From NCBI GenBank assembly GCA_036146215.1, contig JAYYJN010000130.1:1-58564 (forward strand): DNA of 58,564 bases, in the 5' to 3' direction. The notes below the pieces were generated by a model. That model was not told where the DNA came from. It did not search any database and worked only from the letters and a program-made list of their open reading frames with translations. Origin of the DNA: Planctomycetota bacterium. Lineage in GTDB: Bacteria > Planctomycetota > Planctomycetia > Pirellulales > UBA7805. The position numbers were made by a program, and so were the translations under genes. This document shows positions 26,575-36,871 of this stretch, in pieces. Numbering within the stretch: position 1 is the stretch's first letter; each line of letters starts with the position of its first letter.

Positions 26575-28062
26575 ATGTTTGACGCACTTCAGGAAAATCT
26601 TTCGGGCGCTCTGCGATCGCTTCGTGGTCGGGGAAAATTGACCGAAGCCAATATGCGCGACGGATTAGCGCAAGTTCGAGAGGCATTGCTGGAGGCCGAT
26701 GTTAGTTTTTCTGCTGTCCGTGATTTCATGGAACGTGTTACCGAGCAGGCAATCGGCGAGCGGGTGCTCAAGAGTCTCGACCCGAGTCAGCAAGTCGTCG
26801 GCATTGTGCACGAGCAACTCATTGAGTTGATGGGACCGGTCGACCACGATTTGCACCTACGGAGTGGAGTGACGGTGTTAATGCTTTGCGGTTTGCAGGG
26901 CTCCGGTAAGACGACTTCATGTGCAAAGCTAGCGCAGCGGATTATAGAACTCAAAAAGAAACCGATGCTTTGCGCGGCGGATCTGCAGCGTCCCGCAGCT
27001 ATCGATCAACTGCACGTTTTGGGCGATCAAATCGGTGTTCCGGTTTTCTCTCAGCGTGACATGCAAGATCCGGTCGCGGTCTGTCGTGCGGCCCGAACCG
27101 AAGCAGAGCGGCAGCAGGCTGACGTACTCATTCTTGATACCGCAGGTCGATTGGCCATCGATGAGGAGTTGATGGCCGAATTGGCCGCGATCGACAAACA
27201 GGTCCAGCCCGATCAGGTCTATCTGGTTGTCGATGGTATGACGGGCCAGGATGCCGTTAAAAGCGCCAAGGGGTTCAACGATGCATTGGAACTCGATGGC
27301 TGCATTATGACCAAATTGGACGGCGATGCGCGCGGTGGTGCGGCACTTTCCGTTAAGCATGTCACCGGTGTTCCGATCAAATTTATCGGTACAGGTGAAC
27401 ACATTGACGGACTTGAAGAGTTTCACCCCGATCGTCTCGCAGGTCGGATTCTCGGGATGGGTGATGTGCTTTCGCTGGTTGAGCAAGCGCAAAAGAAGTT
27501 TGATCAGGAGGAAATGGAGCGGCAGGAAGAGCGGATGCGGAAGGGCGAGTTTACACTCGACGATTTTCGCAAACAACTCTCACAGGTGACCCGCTTAGGT
27601 CCAATGGGCAAAGTGATGGGTATGCTCGGGATGGATGGCGGAATGGCCGACATGATGGAGGGAGCAGATGTCGAGAAGGACATGAAGCGTTTGTTCGGCA
27701 TCATTGACTCGATGACGGCCGAGGAACGGCGCAACCCGGTGAAGGTTATTGACCCGTCGCGTCGTCGCCGGATTGCCTCTGGTGCTGGTGTTTCGGCAGG
27801 AGAAGTGAATGATCTCGTCAAACAATTTGACGGTATGGCCGGTATGATGAAGCAAATGGCGGGAAAAGGTGTGCGGGAAAGGATGAAAATGGCCAAAGAG
27901 AAGCAGGCTCAGGCCATGGCAAATCCGGGTGGAAAACTCGCAAAAACCAAGCAGGGAACAGGAAAGCGTCTTTCCAATAAAGAACGCCAGAAGTTGAAAA
28001 AACAGCGGGAAAAAGAGGCTCGTCGGAAAAAGCGGTCGCAACGCACAGGTCCCAAAGAGTGA
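26575..28062 (+). CDS. ffh: Signal recognition particle protein Ffh
   Basis: MFDALQENLSGALRSLRG... N domain. GLQGSGKTT, DTAGR and TKLDGDARGGAALS G-domain motifs. Met-rich M domain with a basic C-terminal tail. Confidence 0.95.
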   Translation: MFDALQENLSGALRSLRGRGKLTEANMRDGLAQVREALLEADVSFSAVRDFMERVTEQAIGERVLKSLDPSQQVVGIVHEQLIELMGPVDHDLHLRSGVTVLMLCGLQGSGKTTSCAKLAQRIIELKKKPMLCAADLQRPAAIDQLHVLGDQIGVPVFSQRDMQDPVAVCRAARTEAERQQADVLILDTAGRLAIDEELMAELAAIDKQVQPDQVYLVVDGMTGQDAVKSAKGFNDALELDGCIMTKLDGDARGGAALSVKHVTGVPIKFIGTGEHIDGLEEFHPDRLAGRILGMGDVLSLVEQAQKKFDQEEMERQEERMRKGEFTLDDFRKQLSQVTRLGPMGKVMGMLGMDGGMADMMEGADVEKDMKRLFGIIDSMTAEERRNPVKVIDPSRRRRIASGAGVSAGEVNDLVKQFDGMAGMMKQMAGKGVRERMKMAKEKQAQAMANPGGKLAKTKQGTGKRLSNKERQKLKKQREKEARRKKRSQRTGPKE

Positions 28063-28196
28063 TGAAACACCCTGCAGGGTGACCGCCCTTTCGCCTGCAA
28101 CGGTTGTAAAAAAAGGGCTGAGAGGGCTGACATTTTCTGCTGCAAGAAGGCAGAATGATGAGTCTCGAGTTTTATGAAGCTAATAGGAGATATGTG

Positions 28197-28781
28197 GTGG
28201 CAGTTCGAATTCGCATGAAAAAGCTAGGGCGGAAGCATCGGCCCTTTTTCCGGATCTGTGCCGTGGACAGTCGTGCCCCACGCGATGGTCGCGTTCTTGA
28301 GGAACTGGGGACGTATGATCCGATGATACCGGAAACGGATGCCCGCGCTGCGTTGAATAACGAACGGTTCGCTTACTGGTTAGGCGTTGGCGCACAAATG
28401 AGCGACAGAGTAAAGGTGCTTTTTAAGAAATACGGTCCCGAAGGAACCCACCTTGAGGCGCGAGAGTCGGCCCTGGCGAAGCGATCCGGACCGAGAGTGT
28501 TACCGGATTTTGGTGCACCAGCATACGTGCCCTCGGCAGAATCGGAAGCACCTGAGGCCGAGGAAGCTTCAGCTGCTTCGGAAGGAGATGAAGTCGCGAA
28601 CGATAAAACAGAGGTTGCTGCCGAGGTCGCCACCGCCGAGGTCGCCACCGATAGTGAATCGTCTGAGGCCGATGTGGCAGAAACCGATACCGATGCTGGA
28701 GCGTCTGCAGAGTCGACCGAGAGTGGGGCTGAGGAAGGGGCTGGCGGAGAGGAAGCGGCGGAAAAAGACAAGAGCGAGTAA
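28197..28781 (+). CDS. rpsP: 30S ribosomal protein S16 with a C-terminal acidic low-complexity extension of about 110 aa
   Basis: GTG start 7 nt after AGGAG (28185-28189). VAVRIRMKKLGRKHRPFFRICAVDSRAPRDGRVLEELGTYDP is the canonical S16 N-terminus. The tail is E/A/S/T-rich (…EVAAEVATAEVATDSESSEADVAETDTDAGASAESTESGAEEGAGGEEAAEKDKSE). Confidence 0.9.
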   Translation: MAVRIRMKKLGRKHRPFFRICAVDSRAPRDGRVLEELGTYDPMIPETDARAALNNERFAYWLGVGAQMSDRVKVLFKKYGPEGTHLEARESALAKRSGPRVLPDFGAPAYVPSAESEAPEAEEASAASEGDEVANDKTEVAAEVATAEVATDSESSEADVAETDTDAGASAESTESGAEEGAGGEEAAEKDKSE

Positions 28782-28787
28782 CCGATC

Positions 28788-29504
28788 ATGCGGTTTGATG
28801 TCCTGACCCTTTTCCCGGAGATGTTCCCGGGTTATCTGGGACAGAGTTTGTTGCGTCGGGCGATCGATGCCGGACTTGTTCAGGTGCAACTGCACAATCT
28901 CCGCGATTGGGCTACCGGTCCTCATGCGGCAGTGGATGATCGGCCATTTGGTGGTGGTCCGGGCATGGTATTAAAAGCGGAACCGGTCGTGGAGGCGGTC
29001 GAGGCGGTCCAAGCTGCTCAACATACACCGGGGCATCTGGTGATGCTTACGCCACAGGGGCGTCGGCTTGATCAATCAGGTGTTGAGGCATTGTCGGAAA
29101 AATCGAACCTGCTTTTGTTGTGCGGACGTTACGAGGGATTTGACGAGCGTGTCAGAAAGATATTGAAGCCTGATGAAATATCGATTGGAGATTACGTCCT
29201 GAACGGAGGCGAAGTGGGTGCGATGGTTTTAATCGATACCTGCATTCGACTGGTGCCGGGCGTTTTAGGGGATTCAGAAAGTTCAGAAAACGATTCATTC
29301 TCGGGGCCCAACCGTCATCGGATTGAGTGTTCGCAATATACGCGTCCGAGAAATTATCGCGGCTTGGAGGTCCCTGAAGTATTACTTAGCGGAAATCACG
29401 AAGAGATTGCTCGCTGGAGAGAACAAGAAAGTCTCGATCGGACACGTCGCAAACGAGCTGACCTGATCGATCGGGAAAATGAAATAACCAAGAATTTCGG
29501 TTGA
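28788..29504 (+). CDS. trmD: tRNA (guanine37-N1)-methyltransferase
   Basis: [13 protein letters not shown]..., [29 protein letters not shown]. Confidence 0.95.
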   Translation: MRFDVLTLFPEMFPGYLGQSLLRRAIDAGLVQVQLHNLRDWATGPHAAVDDRPFGGGPGMVLKAEPVVEAVEAVQAAQHTPGHLVMLTPQGRRLDQSGVEALSEKSNLLLLCGRYEGFDERVRKILKPDEISIGDYVLNGGEVGAMVLIDTCIRLVPGVLGDSESSENDSFSGPNRHRIECSQYTRPRNYRGLEVPEVLLSGNHEEIARWREQESLDRTRRKRADLIDRENEITKNFG

Positions 29505-29515
29505 GGAAGCGTATT

Positions 29516-29878
29516 ATGAGCCAACAAATTTTAGAACTTGTTGAAAAACAGAGCCTGAAAGAGCACCCCCCTGAGTTTGAGATCGGCGACACCGTAGATG
29601 TGCATACGCGGATTATGGAAGGGGATAAGGAAAGGATTCAAATTTTCAACGGCACCGTGATTGCCCGCAGTGGTTCCGGAACACGCGAGATGTTCGCTGT
29701 GCGACGTGTCGTCGGCGGGGAAGGTGTTGAACGCAAATTCCCGCTACACTCGCCACGGATTGCAAAAATTGAGGTCAAACGCAAAGGGGTGGTGCGCCGC
29801 GCGAAGCTTTACTTTCTACGTGACCGGGTCGGTAAGGCGGTCCGCTTACGCGAGCGGAGGATGGACCAGAAAAAATAG
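29516..29878 (+). CDS. rplS: 50S ribosomal protein L19
   Basis: [44 protein letters not shown]...[15 protein letters not shown]; ATG at 29516. Confidence 0.95.
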   Translation: MSQQILELVEKQSLKEHPPEFEIGDTVDVHTRIMEGDKERIQIFNGTVIARSGSGTREMFAVRRVVGGEGVERKFPLHSPRIAKIEVKRKGVVRRAKLYFLRDRVGKAVRLRERRMDQKK

Positions 29879-29914
29879 GGGCAATTCGCTTGAGTTGAAC
29901 AGGCACACCTTTCG

Positions 29915-30334
29915 ATGCAATGGTCGTGGCTTCGTTTATTGTCGCCCGCCCGCTCGCTTGGACAGCGAGGGGAGGCTGTGGCGGCTCGTTTTCTGAAAAA
30001 AAAAGGTTACCAGATTGTTGCCCGTTCCCATCGCTCTGCGATTGGTGAGCTTGATCTTGTGGCAGTCGATCCCCGCGACCCTCGAGGCCCCACGCTGGTA
30101 TTTGTCGAAGTGAAAACACGATCCGGCCAATCGGCAGGATTCCCCGAAGATGCGGTGGGTCGGGAAAAGCAGCTCAAATTAAGTCAGTTGGCAGTCCAGT
30201 ACCGCGCTCGGTACCAGCTGATGGAAACTCCAGCCCGCTTCGACGTGATTGCCGTGCTCTGGCAAGCAGATTCTGGGAAACCGGAGGTGACTCATTTTGA
30301 GGACGCTTTCGATTGCGTGTTCGATGTTTCGTGA
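29915..30334 (+). CDS. yraN: YraN-family (UPF0102) endonuclease-like protein
   Basis: GEAVAARFLKKKGYQIVARSHRSAIGELDLVAVD...LVFVEVKTR...RFDVIAV is the typical YraN pattern. Confidence 0.85.
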   Translation: MQWSWLRLLSPARSLGQRGEAVAARFLKKKGYQIVARSHRSAIGELDLVAVDPRDPRGPTLVFVEVKTRSGQSAGFPEDAVGREKQLKLSQLAVQYRARYQLMETPARFDVIAVLWQADSGKPEVTHFEDAFDCVFDVS

Positions 30335-30385
30335 TTGTTCGCTTGAGTTTCGAAGATCTAGTCCGACCCAGGAGTTAAAAAGGGA

Positions 30386-31354
30386 TCAAACGACTTTCAC
30401 TTTGCCCGAGTTAAATGCGAGTTCAAACCCTGAGTCCGCATAGGCCCGACGTACGATACCAAGGGCTACAATCTGTCCATCTTCGGGATTGCGACCGACA
30501 CTTGTAAAGTGGCCCGCCGATTTTCCAACTGCCGTCAGTGGGTCTCCGGCAACTGGCAAGGGATCCGCATCAAAAACCGCAAGCTGCCGGAGTCGTTGCT
30601 GAACCTGCCCCAGCGCGTCAATCCGGGCGATCGTTTCCTGTCCGAGATAGCAGCCTTTGTTGAAACTGATTGCTCGGGCATCGCGATCAATTTCCTGTGG
30701 AAAGTTTTTTGGGCTGATATCTTGGCTGAACAAGGGGGAACCGGCTCGAATACGCAAAAAATCAAATATCGCAGCTTCGCATTCGCTTGCCTCTGTCGCC
30801 AATGCCTCGGCAAGCGAATCTGCCGTCTCCGATTCAATCTGAAGCAGGAATCCCGGGAGTCCGAAAACGTCAGTCCGACAACAACGCAATCGGATACCTT
30901 CCCAGGTGGTTTGCGCGAAGCAAAGATTTCCGGAGTCGATATTCAGGCCGAGTATTTCCTCGCAGAGCGATTCGGACCTTGGACCGCAGAGGGCCCACTG
31001 CTGCCAATTATGACTATGGTCCGAGCATTGAACGTCCTCCCGGATCTGATATCGATCGAGATGGGGTAGCAAGACTTCAGCCTGATCGGCTGCAGTCGAA
31101 AGAAGCAGCGAATGGTCGCTTGCGAACACATAGCCAAAACCGATTGTTCTGCCTTGGACATCCGGGAAGAAAAGTTCGCAGCCTTCTCCCACCTTAAGCC
31201 CCTTGATATCGGCAGTGCAAAGATTGTGGAGAAATGAAACGCGATCTTGGCCGGAAAGCTCGATCAGCGTTGCTCCGAGCCCGCGACAGAATCCTGCCGA
31301 TCTTTGTGCCTGTTGATAGGCCGCTTTCATTGAGGCTGCATTACCGGCCGTCAT
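30386..31354 (-). CDS. ygfZ: YgfZ-type folate-binding protein (GcvT-like fold; Fe-S cluster repair / tRNA modification associated)
   Basis: GcvT-like N-terminus (LSGQDRVSFLHNLCTADIKGL) and the YgfZ signature KGCYLGQETIARI. The ATG at 31354 is preferred; the ORF extends to a GTG at 31387. Confidence 0.8.
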   Translation of the reverse strand: MTAGNAASMKAAYQQAQRSAGFCRGLGATLIELSGQDRVSFLHNLCTADIKGLKVGEGCELFFPDVQGRTIGFGYVFASDHSLLLSTAADQAEVLLPHLDRYQIREDVQCSDHSHNWQQWALCGPRSESLCEEILGLNIDSGNLCFAQTTWEGIRLRCCRTDVFGLPGFLLQIESETADSLAEALATEASECEAAIFDFLRIRAGSPLFSQDISPKNFPQEIDRDARAISFNKGCYLGQETIARIDALGQVQQRLRQLAVFDADPLPVAGDPLTAVGKSAGHFTSVGRNPEDGQIVALGIVRRAYADSGFELAFNSGKVKVV

Positions 31355-31428
31355 TGCCAACCCTTCGTCAGTCTGCTCCCTGCTCACGGTCTGCGTGACC
31401 GATCTTGCCGTTAATCAACACTCAGATC

Positions 31429-33219
31429 TTAGAAGCTACTGGGTCCTGAAAAAGATACCGGCCCGGGTCGGTCCTGTACACCCTGGAGCGGTCCCGCGAT
31501 TTGAGCACCGATGCGTTGCCCACTTTCAGTCGGATCGGGCAGTTTGGGTTCTTCGGGCAGCGGATCATTTCCATGATTGAACATATGCAGCGTGCGAGTG
31601 GGAAATGCAAAATCCACTTTTAATTTCTGCGCCAGTCGTAGAATGTCGTTGAATAGACGATGCCTTTCTCGCAGTTCGATCGCCCAGTCAGGACACTCCA
31701 GAAAGCAGTAGAGCAGAATGTTCAGACTGCTGTCGCTGAACTGGTTGAAATAAACGTGGTAATAATCTTTGCGAGTATACGGATGTCGGCGGATCAATTC
31801 GCGAATTCCCTCGCAGAATGCATCAATCTGTTCGGGTGTTGTGTTGTATTGCACTCCCAATGATGTGTTGATGCGGCGATATCTGCGGGCACCCATGTTG
31901 TCAACCGACGTGGTGGTGAGCAAGCTATTGGGTAGCGTGATTACAGAATTATAGAACGTACGGATTCGGGTACTCCTAAAACCGACCGCCTCGACTGTAC
32001 CCTCCACATGATTGGTAATTACCCAATCTCCCACCTCAAATGGACGATCAGCCAGCACCGTAAAAGAGCCAAAAATATTGGAAAAGGTATCCTTCGATGC
32101 CAGAGCAATTGCTGCACCCCCGATTCCCATGCCGCCCAGCAGCCCGGCAATGGGGAGGCCAAAAGCTTGTGCTGCGGTCAAAACACCGACGCAAACGAAA
32201 AATACTTTGAGAGATTTTGAGAGTAACTGGACCAACAGGTCATCAAATTTGCTCGGTGTTTTTCGTGCCTTGCGGAATAGATAGTGACGCCCCACGTCAA
32301 TTAGTAAAAAGCAGGTCCAGATCGCGGCGATCACGGTAAAGATCTGCAGGGCGATCAACAGCAGACTGAGGGCAAAGTCGGGAAGGCCAAGTAATTTGGT
32401 GCCCTCATACCATACGTATCCCTGGACTAATAAGCCCATGGGTCGGAATATTTTGACCTCAATGGTTGTCTCGTTGTCTTTATCAAAAAATCGCAGCCAA
32501 CCGCGGACCAACCGACTAAGTAGGAGTCGTGTAACTCGATCCAGGATAAAGCCGATAAAAATCAGCGCGAAAAGACATAGCCACTGGTAGTCAGCCAGCA
32601 AGAAGTGCTGATTGGTCAACTGGTGTGGAAAGAGTTTTTCGAAACCTGTGGGTGTCCAGATCGGTGCATCGGTCGGGATGATGCCAGGCCCTATCGTAGG
32701 TCGATCTTTCCATCGTTGGTAAAGATCACCGATCACGCTCACCGTATCGTCGGTAAACCGCCAATAGCCGGTTTCGTCGGGTGCGATTTCAATCAGCGCG
32801 GCGTCATCTTCATCGGCTCCAGTGAGTTTGGTCGTAATTTGGCTTAAGCGAAATGGCGTTTTACTTTCCGAATCATCCGGCACTTGATAATATTGCACGT
32901 ACACCATGCGATCGATGACATCTTTAAGTTGGTACGCATCGTGAATGCCAACGGTGGAGCGGATATTGAGGGGTTTCTCTGAGAGATTTAGGGTCAGCGC
33001 TGCGTTCTCGGGATTGCCGCCCGGCTTGAAGGCGTTAAAAAAAGTTTTCAGCGTTTCCCGTGGTGAGCTGAGTTTTACTTTGAGAGAGGGGTCGACGGCA
33101 TCTTTCGGCTCCTCTGTTTTTACAGTTGCATTTTCCTCTGCGGCTCCGATCGTGCCGCGATGGAACTCTGCACCGCTGACTAGAATCAACAACAAAATCT
33201 GAAATAAATTGAAACGCAT
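31429..33219 (-). CDS. Mechanosensitive ion channel (MscS family) with large N-terminal periplasmic domain
   Basis: Signal peptide, several TM helices, then the MscS core: FEVGDWVITNHVEGTVEAVGFRSTRIRTFYNSVITLPNSLL. Confidence 0.85.
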   Translation of the reverse strand: MRFNLFQILLLILVSGAEFHRGTIGAAEENATVKTEEPKDAVDPSLKVKLSSPRETLKTFFNAFKPGGNPENAALTLNLSEKPLNIRSTVGIHDAYQLKDVIDRMVYVQYYQVPDDSESKTPFRLSQITTKLTGADEDDAALIEIAPDETGYWRFTDDTVSVIGDLYQRWKDRPTIGPGIIPTDAPIWTPTGFEKLFPHQLTNQHFLLADYQWLCLFALIFIGFILDRVTRLLLSRLVRGWLRFFDKDNETTIEVKIFRPMGLLVQGYVWYEGTKLLGLPDFALSLLLIALQIFTVIAAIWTCFLLIDVGRHYLFRKARKTPSKFDDLLVQLLSKSLKVFFVCVGVLTAAQAFGLPIAGLLGGMGIGGAAIALASKDTFSNIFGSFTVLADRPFEVGDWVITNHVEGTVEAVGFRSTRIRTFYNSVITLPNSLLTTTSVDNMGARRYRRINTSLGVQYNTTPEQIDAFCEGIRELIRRHPYTRKDYYHVYFNQFSDSSLNILLYCFLECPDWAIELRERHRLFNDILRLAQKLKVDFAFPTRTLHMFNHGNDPLPEEPKLPDPTESGQRIGAQIAGPLQGVQDRPGPVSFSGPSSF

Positions 33220-33310
33220 CGCAGAGTGCTCCCGGTTTCCGTTACGCCTGAGAGTCTGCCAGACTTTGGATTATGAGAAAAGATCGATTCCCGGTTGCCG
33301 ACTCTTCTGG

Positions 33311-34435
33311 CTAGTTATCGATCCAGCCACCACCTAAAACCCGGGGCCCGTCATAGCAAACCACCGCTTGGCCCGGCGCAACCCCATAGCACGGTTCATC
33401 AAATTCGATCTGGAGTTTGCCCTCTTCGGGGATAGAAACAACGGCCGGAACACTGCCGCTGTTGTAACGAATTTGAACCTCGCAGCGGAGCGGTTGCTCC
33501 GGAGGGTCGACCAACCAATTGGTTTGCGAGGCGGTTAACGCTCGGCAAGCTAATTCCTCTTTTGTACCCAGCACGACTTGACGGCTTTCCGCATCGATGC
33601 GGACCACATATCGGGGCTCCCCGAATGCAATACCTAGCCCTTTTCGTTGCCCAATCGTAAAGCTTTCAATACCCGCGTGCATGCCGACCACATCTCCATG
33701 AGTGGTCACGATCTCTCCGGCCGTTGCCTGATCAGATCGGATTTTTCGGATGAATTGATCGTGCTTACCGGAGGGTACAAAGCAGATCTCTTGACTATCT
33801 TTTTTTTCCGCCACAAGGATGCCCAGTTCTTTCGCCCGCGATCGAATTTCTGTTTTTGTAAATTCGCCGATCGGGAGCATCATTCGTGGAAGTAAGTTTT
33901 CGGAAATCCCAAAAAGCACATACGATTGATCTTTGTGAGAATCGTTTCCGCGAAGCAAGGCCATCCGGCCCGAATCGCTGGATCTTAGTCTGGCATAATG
34001 ACCGGTTGCCACATACTCGGCGTCAATACTGTCGGCGTAATCAAACAGTTTTCCGAACTTGATCCAATTGTTACACATTACACAGGGATTGGGCGTGCGT
34101 CCCACGGTGTACTCATCGATGAAGTAATCGACTATCGCCGAAAACTCCTGCTGCAGATTGAGTGCGTAGAACGGGATATCTAAACGATCTGATACACGAC
34201 GGGCATCTTCGGCATCGGCAGCGGTGCAGCAGCCCTGTTTGTGGCTGGCACCAATGATGGGAAGCTCTGGATCATTGGCTTGCGATTGTGAATTTTCCGT
34301 TTTACACGTTGCAACCGGTGACTCTGAACCGTGTCGCATAAACACACCAATCACCTCGTGGCCTTCCTGGCAAAGCATCGCGGCCGCGACGCTGCTATCG
34401 ACTCCCCCGGACATTGCCAACACAATTCGAGACAT
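33311..34435 (-). CDS. mnmA: tRNA 2-thiouridine(34) synthase
   Basis: RIVLAMSGGVDSSVAA PP-loop, NPCVMCN, ATGHYAR, KDQSYVL. Confidence 0.95.
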   Translation of the reverse strand: MSRIVLAMSGGVDSSVAAAMLCQEGHEVIGVFMRHGSESPVATCKTENSQSQANDPELPIIGASHKQGCCTAADAEDARRVSDRLDIPFYALNLQQEFSAIVDYFIDEYTVGRTPNPCVMCNNWIKFGKLFDYADSIDAEYVATGHYARLRSSDSGRMALLRGNDSHKDQSYVLFGISENLLPRMMLPIGEFTKTEIRSRAKELGILVAEKKDSQEICFVPSGKHDQFIRKIRSDQATAGEIVTTHGDVVGMHAGIESFTIGQRKGLGIAFGEPRYVVRIDAESRQVVLGTKEELACRALTASQTNWLVDPPEQPLRCEVQIRYNSGSVPAVVSIPEEGKLQIEFDEPCYGVAPGQAVVCYDGPRVLGGGWIDN

Positions 34436-34619
34436 ACAGGATCCAAGGACTAGCAGTAAGAAACAGGCATTTTTAAGATCTTTCGGTAGATCCGGCTGAG
34501 CTAGATCAGTCTACGGTTGGAATCAAAGGTCGACAAGCGACCTTCTCATCATGGTCTTCTTTTCCCTGCGTTGGCCATTAAAATAATGCCTTAACTATCC
34601 AGTGCAAAAGGGGAAGTCG

Positions 34620-35721
34620 ATGGACAAAGAAGTCAAAGATCGCGTTGAAGAGATCCAGCAGCGAATTGTTCAATTAAGAGACTCTCTTTGACTATGCAGG
34701 CAAAATTTCATCCATCAGTGCCATCGAACAAGAAATGGCAGGGGCCGGATTCTGGGATAATCCCGAATCAGCGCAGTCGACCGTTGCGAAGCTGAAATCG
34801 ATCAATGCGATCGTAAAGCCTTTGGCTGAATTGCTCACGGCGGGCGAGGATCTTGCAGCGCTGGTCGAAATGACTCAGGAAGATGCATTACTCGAAGATG
34901 AATTGCTGCAGGAGCTGAGCAGCATGGAACATGGACTTGAGCACCTCGAACTCAAATCACTGCTCGATGGCCCGCACGACGGCTCAGGTGCGATTCTCAC
35001 GATCAATGCCCGAGATGGAGGTACCGATGCAAATGACTGGGCAGAAATGGTTTTACGCATGTACCTTCAGTGGGCCCAGAAGAACCAATACACGTCAGAG
35101 CTTCTAGATCGTCAAGACAATGATGAGGCTGGCATCAACAGTGCCGCGCTAGCGATCCGCGGGCCGATGGCTTATGGCTATTTGAAAGGTGAGACAGGAA
35201 TGCATCGCTTAGTGCGGATCAGCCCTTTTAATTCGGAAGGGAAGCGACAAACCAGCTTTGCTTCGGTCGATGTATCACCAGAGATTACAGACGAAACAGA
35301 AATTGAAATCAATCCGTCTGATGTCCGAGTAGATACCTACCGTGCCAGCGGTGCGGGGGGGCAGCATGTTAATAAAACAGATAGCGCCGTACGTCTAACG
35401 CATTTGCCGACGCAAATTGTGGTCCAGTGTCAGAATGAACGGAGTCAACATAAAAACCGCTCTACTGCTTATAAGATGCTACGAGCCCAGCTTGCACGCT
35501 TGGAGGAAGATAAACGGGAGGCAGAGCAGGCAGCACGTTACAAAGATCAGGCGCGAGTCGGCTTTGGCTCCCAAATCCGAAATTATTTTCTTCATCCGGA
35601 TCAACGGGTAAAAGATGCCCGAACTAATTTTCTCGTCGGTAATTTCCAGTCGGTCATGGATGGCGGGATTCAACCTTTCCTGGAGGCATATCTTCGCTGG
35701 AGGGTGAAGGAGCAAGGCTAA
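34620..35721 (+). CDS. prfB: Peptide chain release factor 2; requires a programmed +1 frameshift (join 34620..34688, 34690..35721)
   Basis: Frame 1 reads MDKEVKDRVEEIQQRIVQLRDSL and then hits TGA at 34689-34691. The +1 frame continues DYAGKISSISAIEQEMAGAGFWDNPE..., in frame with track ORF 34735..35721. That ORF carries the SPF motif (RISPFNS) and the GGQ motif (SGAGGQHVNKTDSAVR). Confidence 0.95.
34686..34692 (+). other. prfB +1 frameshift site CTT TGA C
   Basis: Read directly at 34686-34692. It is identical to the canonical CUU UGA C slippery/stop context of bacterial prfB. Confidence 0.9.
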
Positions 35722-35746
35722 TCTGCGGTGAAATGTGTGAGAAGCG

Positions 35747-36871
35747 ATGCAAACATTTGATGTGATCGTTATCGGATGTGGTGTAATCGGTAGCGCTGCG
35801 TTCCAGGCATTTGCCTCCGCGGGATTGCGTGTACTGGGGGTTGATCGCTGCCAACCGCCTCACGACAAAGGAAGTTCTCACGGACAATCACGAATTATCC
35901 GGCAAGCCTATTTTGAGCATCCCGACTACGTGCCTTTGCTGCGGAGGGCGTCCCGCGGTTGGAAAGAGCTTGAGGCACAAACCGGTGAAACTCTGCTCCA
36001 TCAAGTTGGTTTACTTCAGGTAGGCCCAGTCGATGGTTTTGTGATTCCCGGAGTTTTGGCCAGCGCTGCGGAACACCATTTGCCCATTGAGCGTATTGCG
36101 GCCGGGGAAATCGAGAAAAAATTTCCCGGTTTCCGTGCCGGAAATGAGATGATCGGTCTGTTTGAACAGCAAGCCGGATATCTATTGGTAGAAGAAGCGA
36201 TCCGCGCATATCTTCGATCCGCACAGCACGCCGGCGGTATGTTACACGTTGATTCCCGGCCAGCGCAATGGAAGGTCGACGGGGAGGGGGTCCGTGTCAC
36301 ATCGGGTGGTCAGCATTTTTTCGCTGACCGTTTGGTGCTTGCAACCGGAAGTTGGTCTGGCCCTCTGGTCGCGGCCTGTGGAGTGCAATTGAGGGTCGTC
36401 AGAAAGCATGTGCACTGGCTGGCCAATGACTCATCTTCTTACCGAACTGGAAGTCCCGTATTCTTTTTTGAGACGCCGGAAGGAGATTTCTATGGGTTTC
36501 CACAACTTGATCCGCGTGGGATCAAAGTGGCCGATCACCGAGGTGGCGAGCCGGTAAACGATCCGGACTTGCTCGATCGGTCTGTAGATCCAGAAGATCG
36601 TGTCCGAATTAAGTCATTTTTACGCAACTACCTTCCCGATATCTCCACCCGGATAACGGATCATCAGGTCTGTATGTACACCCGCTCTCCAGATGAGCAT
36701 TTTGTGGTGGACAGGCATCCTGAATATCGACAGGTGGCCCTTGTTGCGGGTCTCTCAGGTCACGGTTTCAAGTTTGCTCCCGCTTTGGCTGAAGCGGTTT
36801 ATGATCTGATTTTTGATCGTGTAAGCGACAATGCGATTGATTTTTTGTCGCTCGCCCGTTTTAGAAATTGA
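35747..36871 (+). CDS. Monomeric sarcosine oxidase / N-methyl-L-tryptophan oxidase family flavoprotein (MSOX/MTOX-like)
   Basis: FDVIVIGCGVIGSAAF dinucleotide motif. SHGQSRIIRQAYFEHPDYVPL. HQVCMYTRSPDEHFVVD matches the covalent-FAD Cys region of MSOX/MTOX. Confidence 0.75.
   Translation: MQTFDVIVIGCGVIGSAAFQAFASAGLRVLGVDRCQPPHDKGSSHGQSRIIRQAYFEHPDYVPLLRRASRGWKELEAQTGETLLHQVGLLQVGPVDGFVIPGVLASAAEHHLPIERIAAGEIEKKFPGFRAGNEMIGLFEQQAGYLLVEEAIRAYLRSAQHAGGMLHVDSRPAQWKVDGEGVRVTSGGQHFFADRLVLATGSWSGPLVAACGVQLRVVRKHVHWLANDSSSYRTGSPVFFFETPEGDFYGFPQLDPRGIKVADHRGGEPVNDPDLLDRSVDPEDRVRIKSFLRNYLPDISTRITDHQVCMYTRSPDEHFVVDRHPEYRQVALVAGLSGHGFKFAPALAEAVYDLIFDRVSDNAIDFLSLARFRN

Noticed and set aside
26929-27576. 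215-aa minus-strand ORF (and 27504..28041 ORFs)
   Set aside because: They are antisense to ffh and have no motifs. ffh is full-length and conserved on the plus strand.
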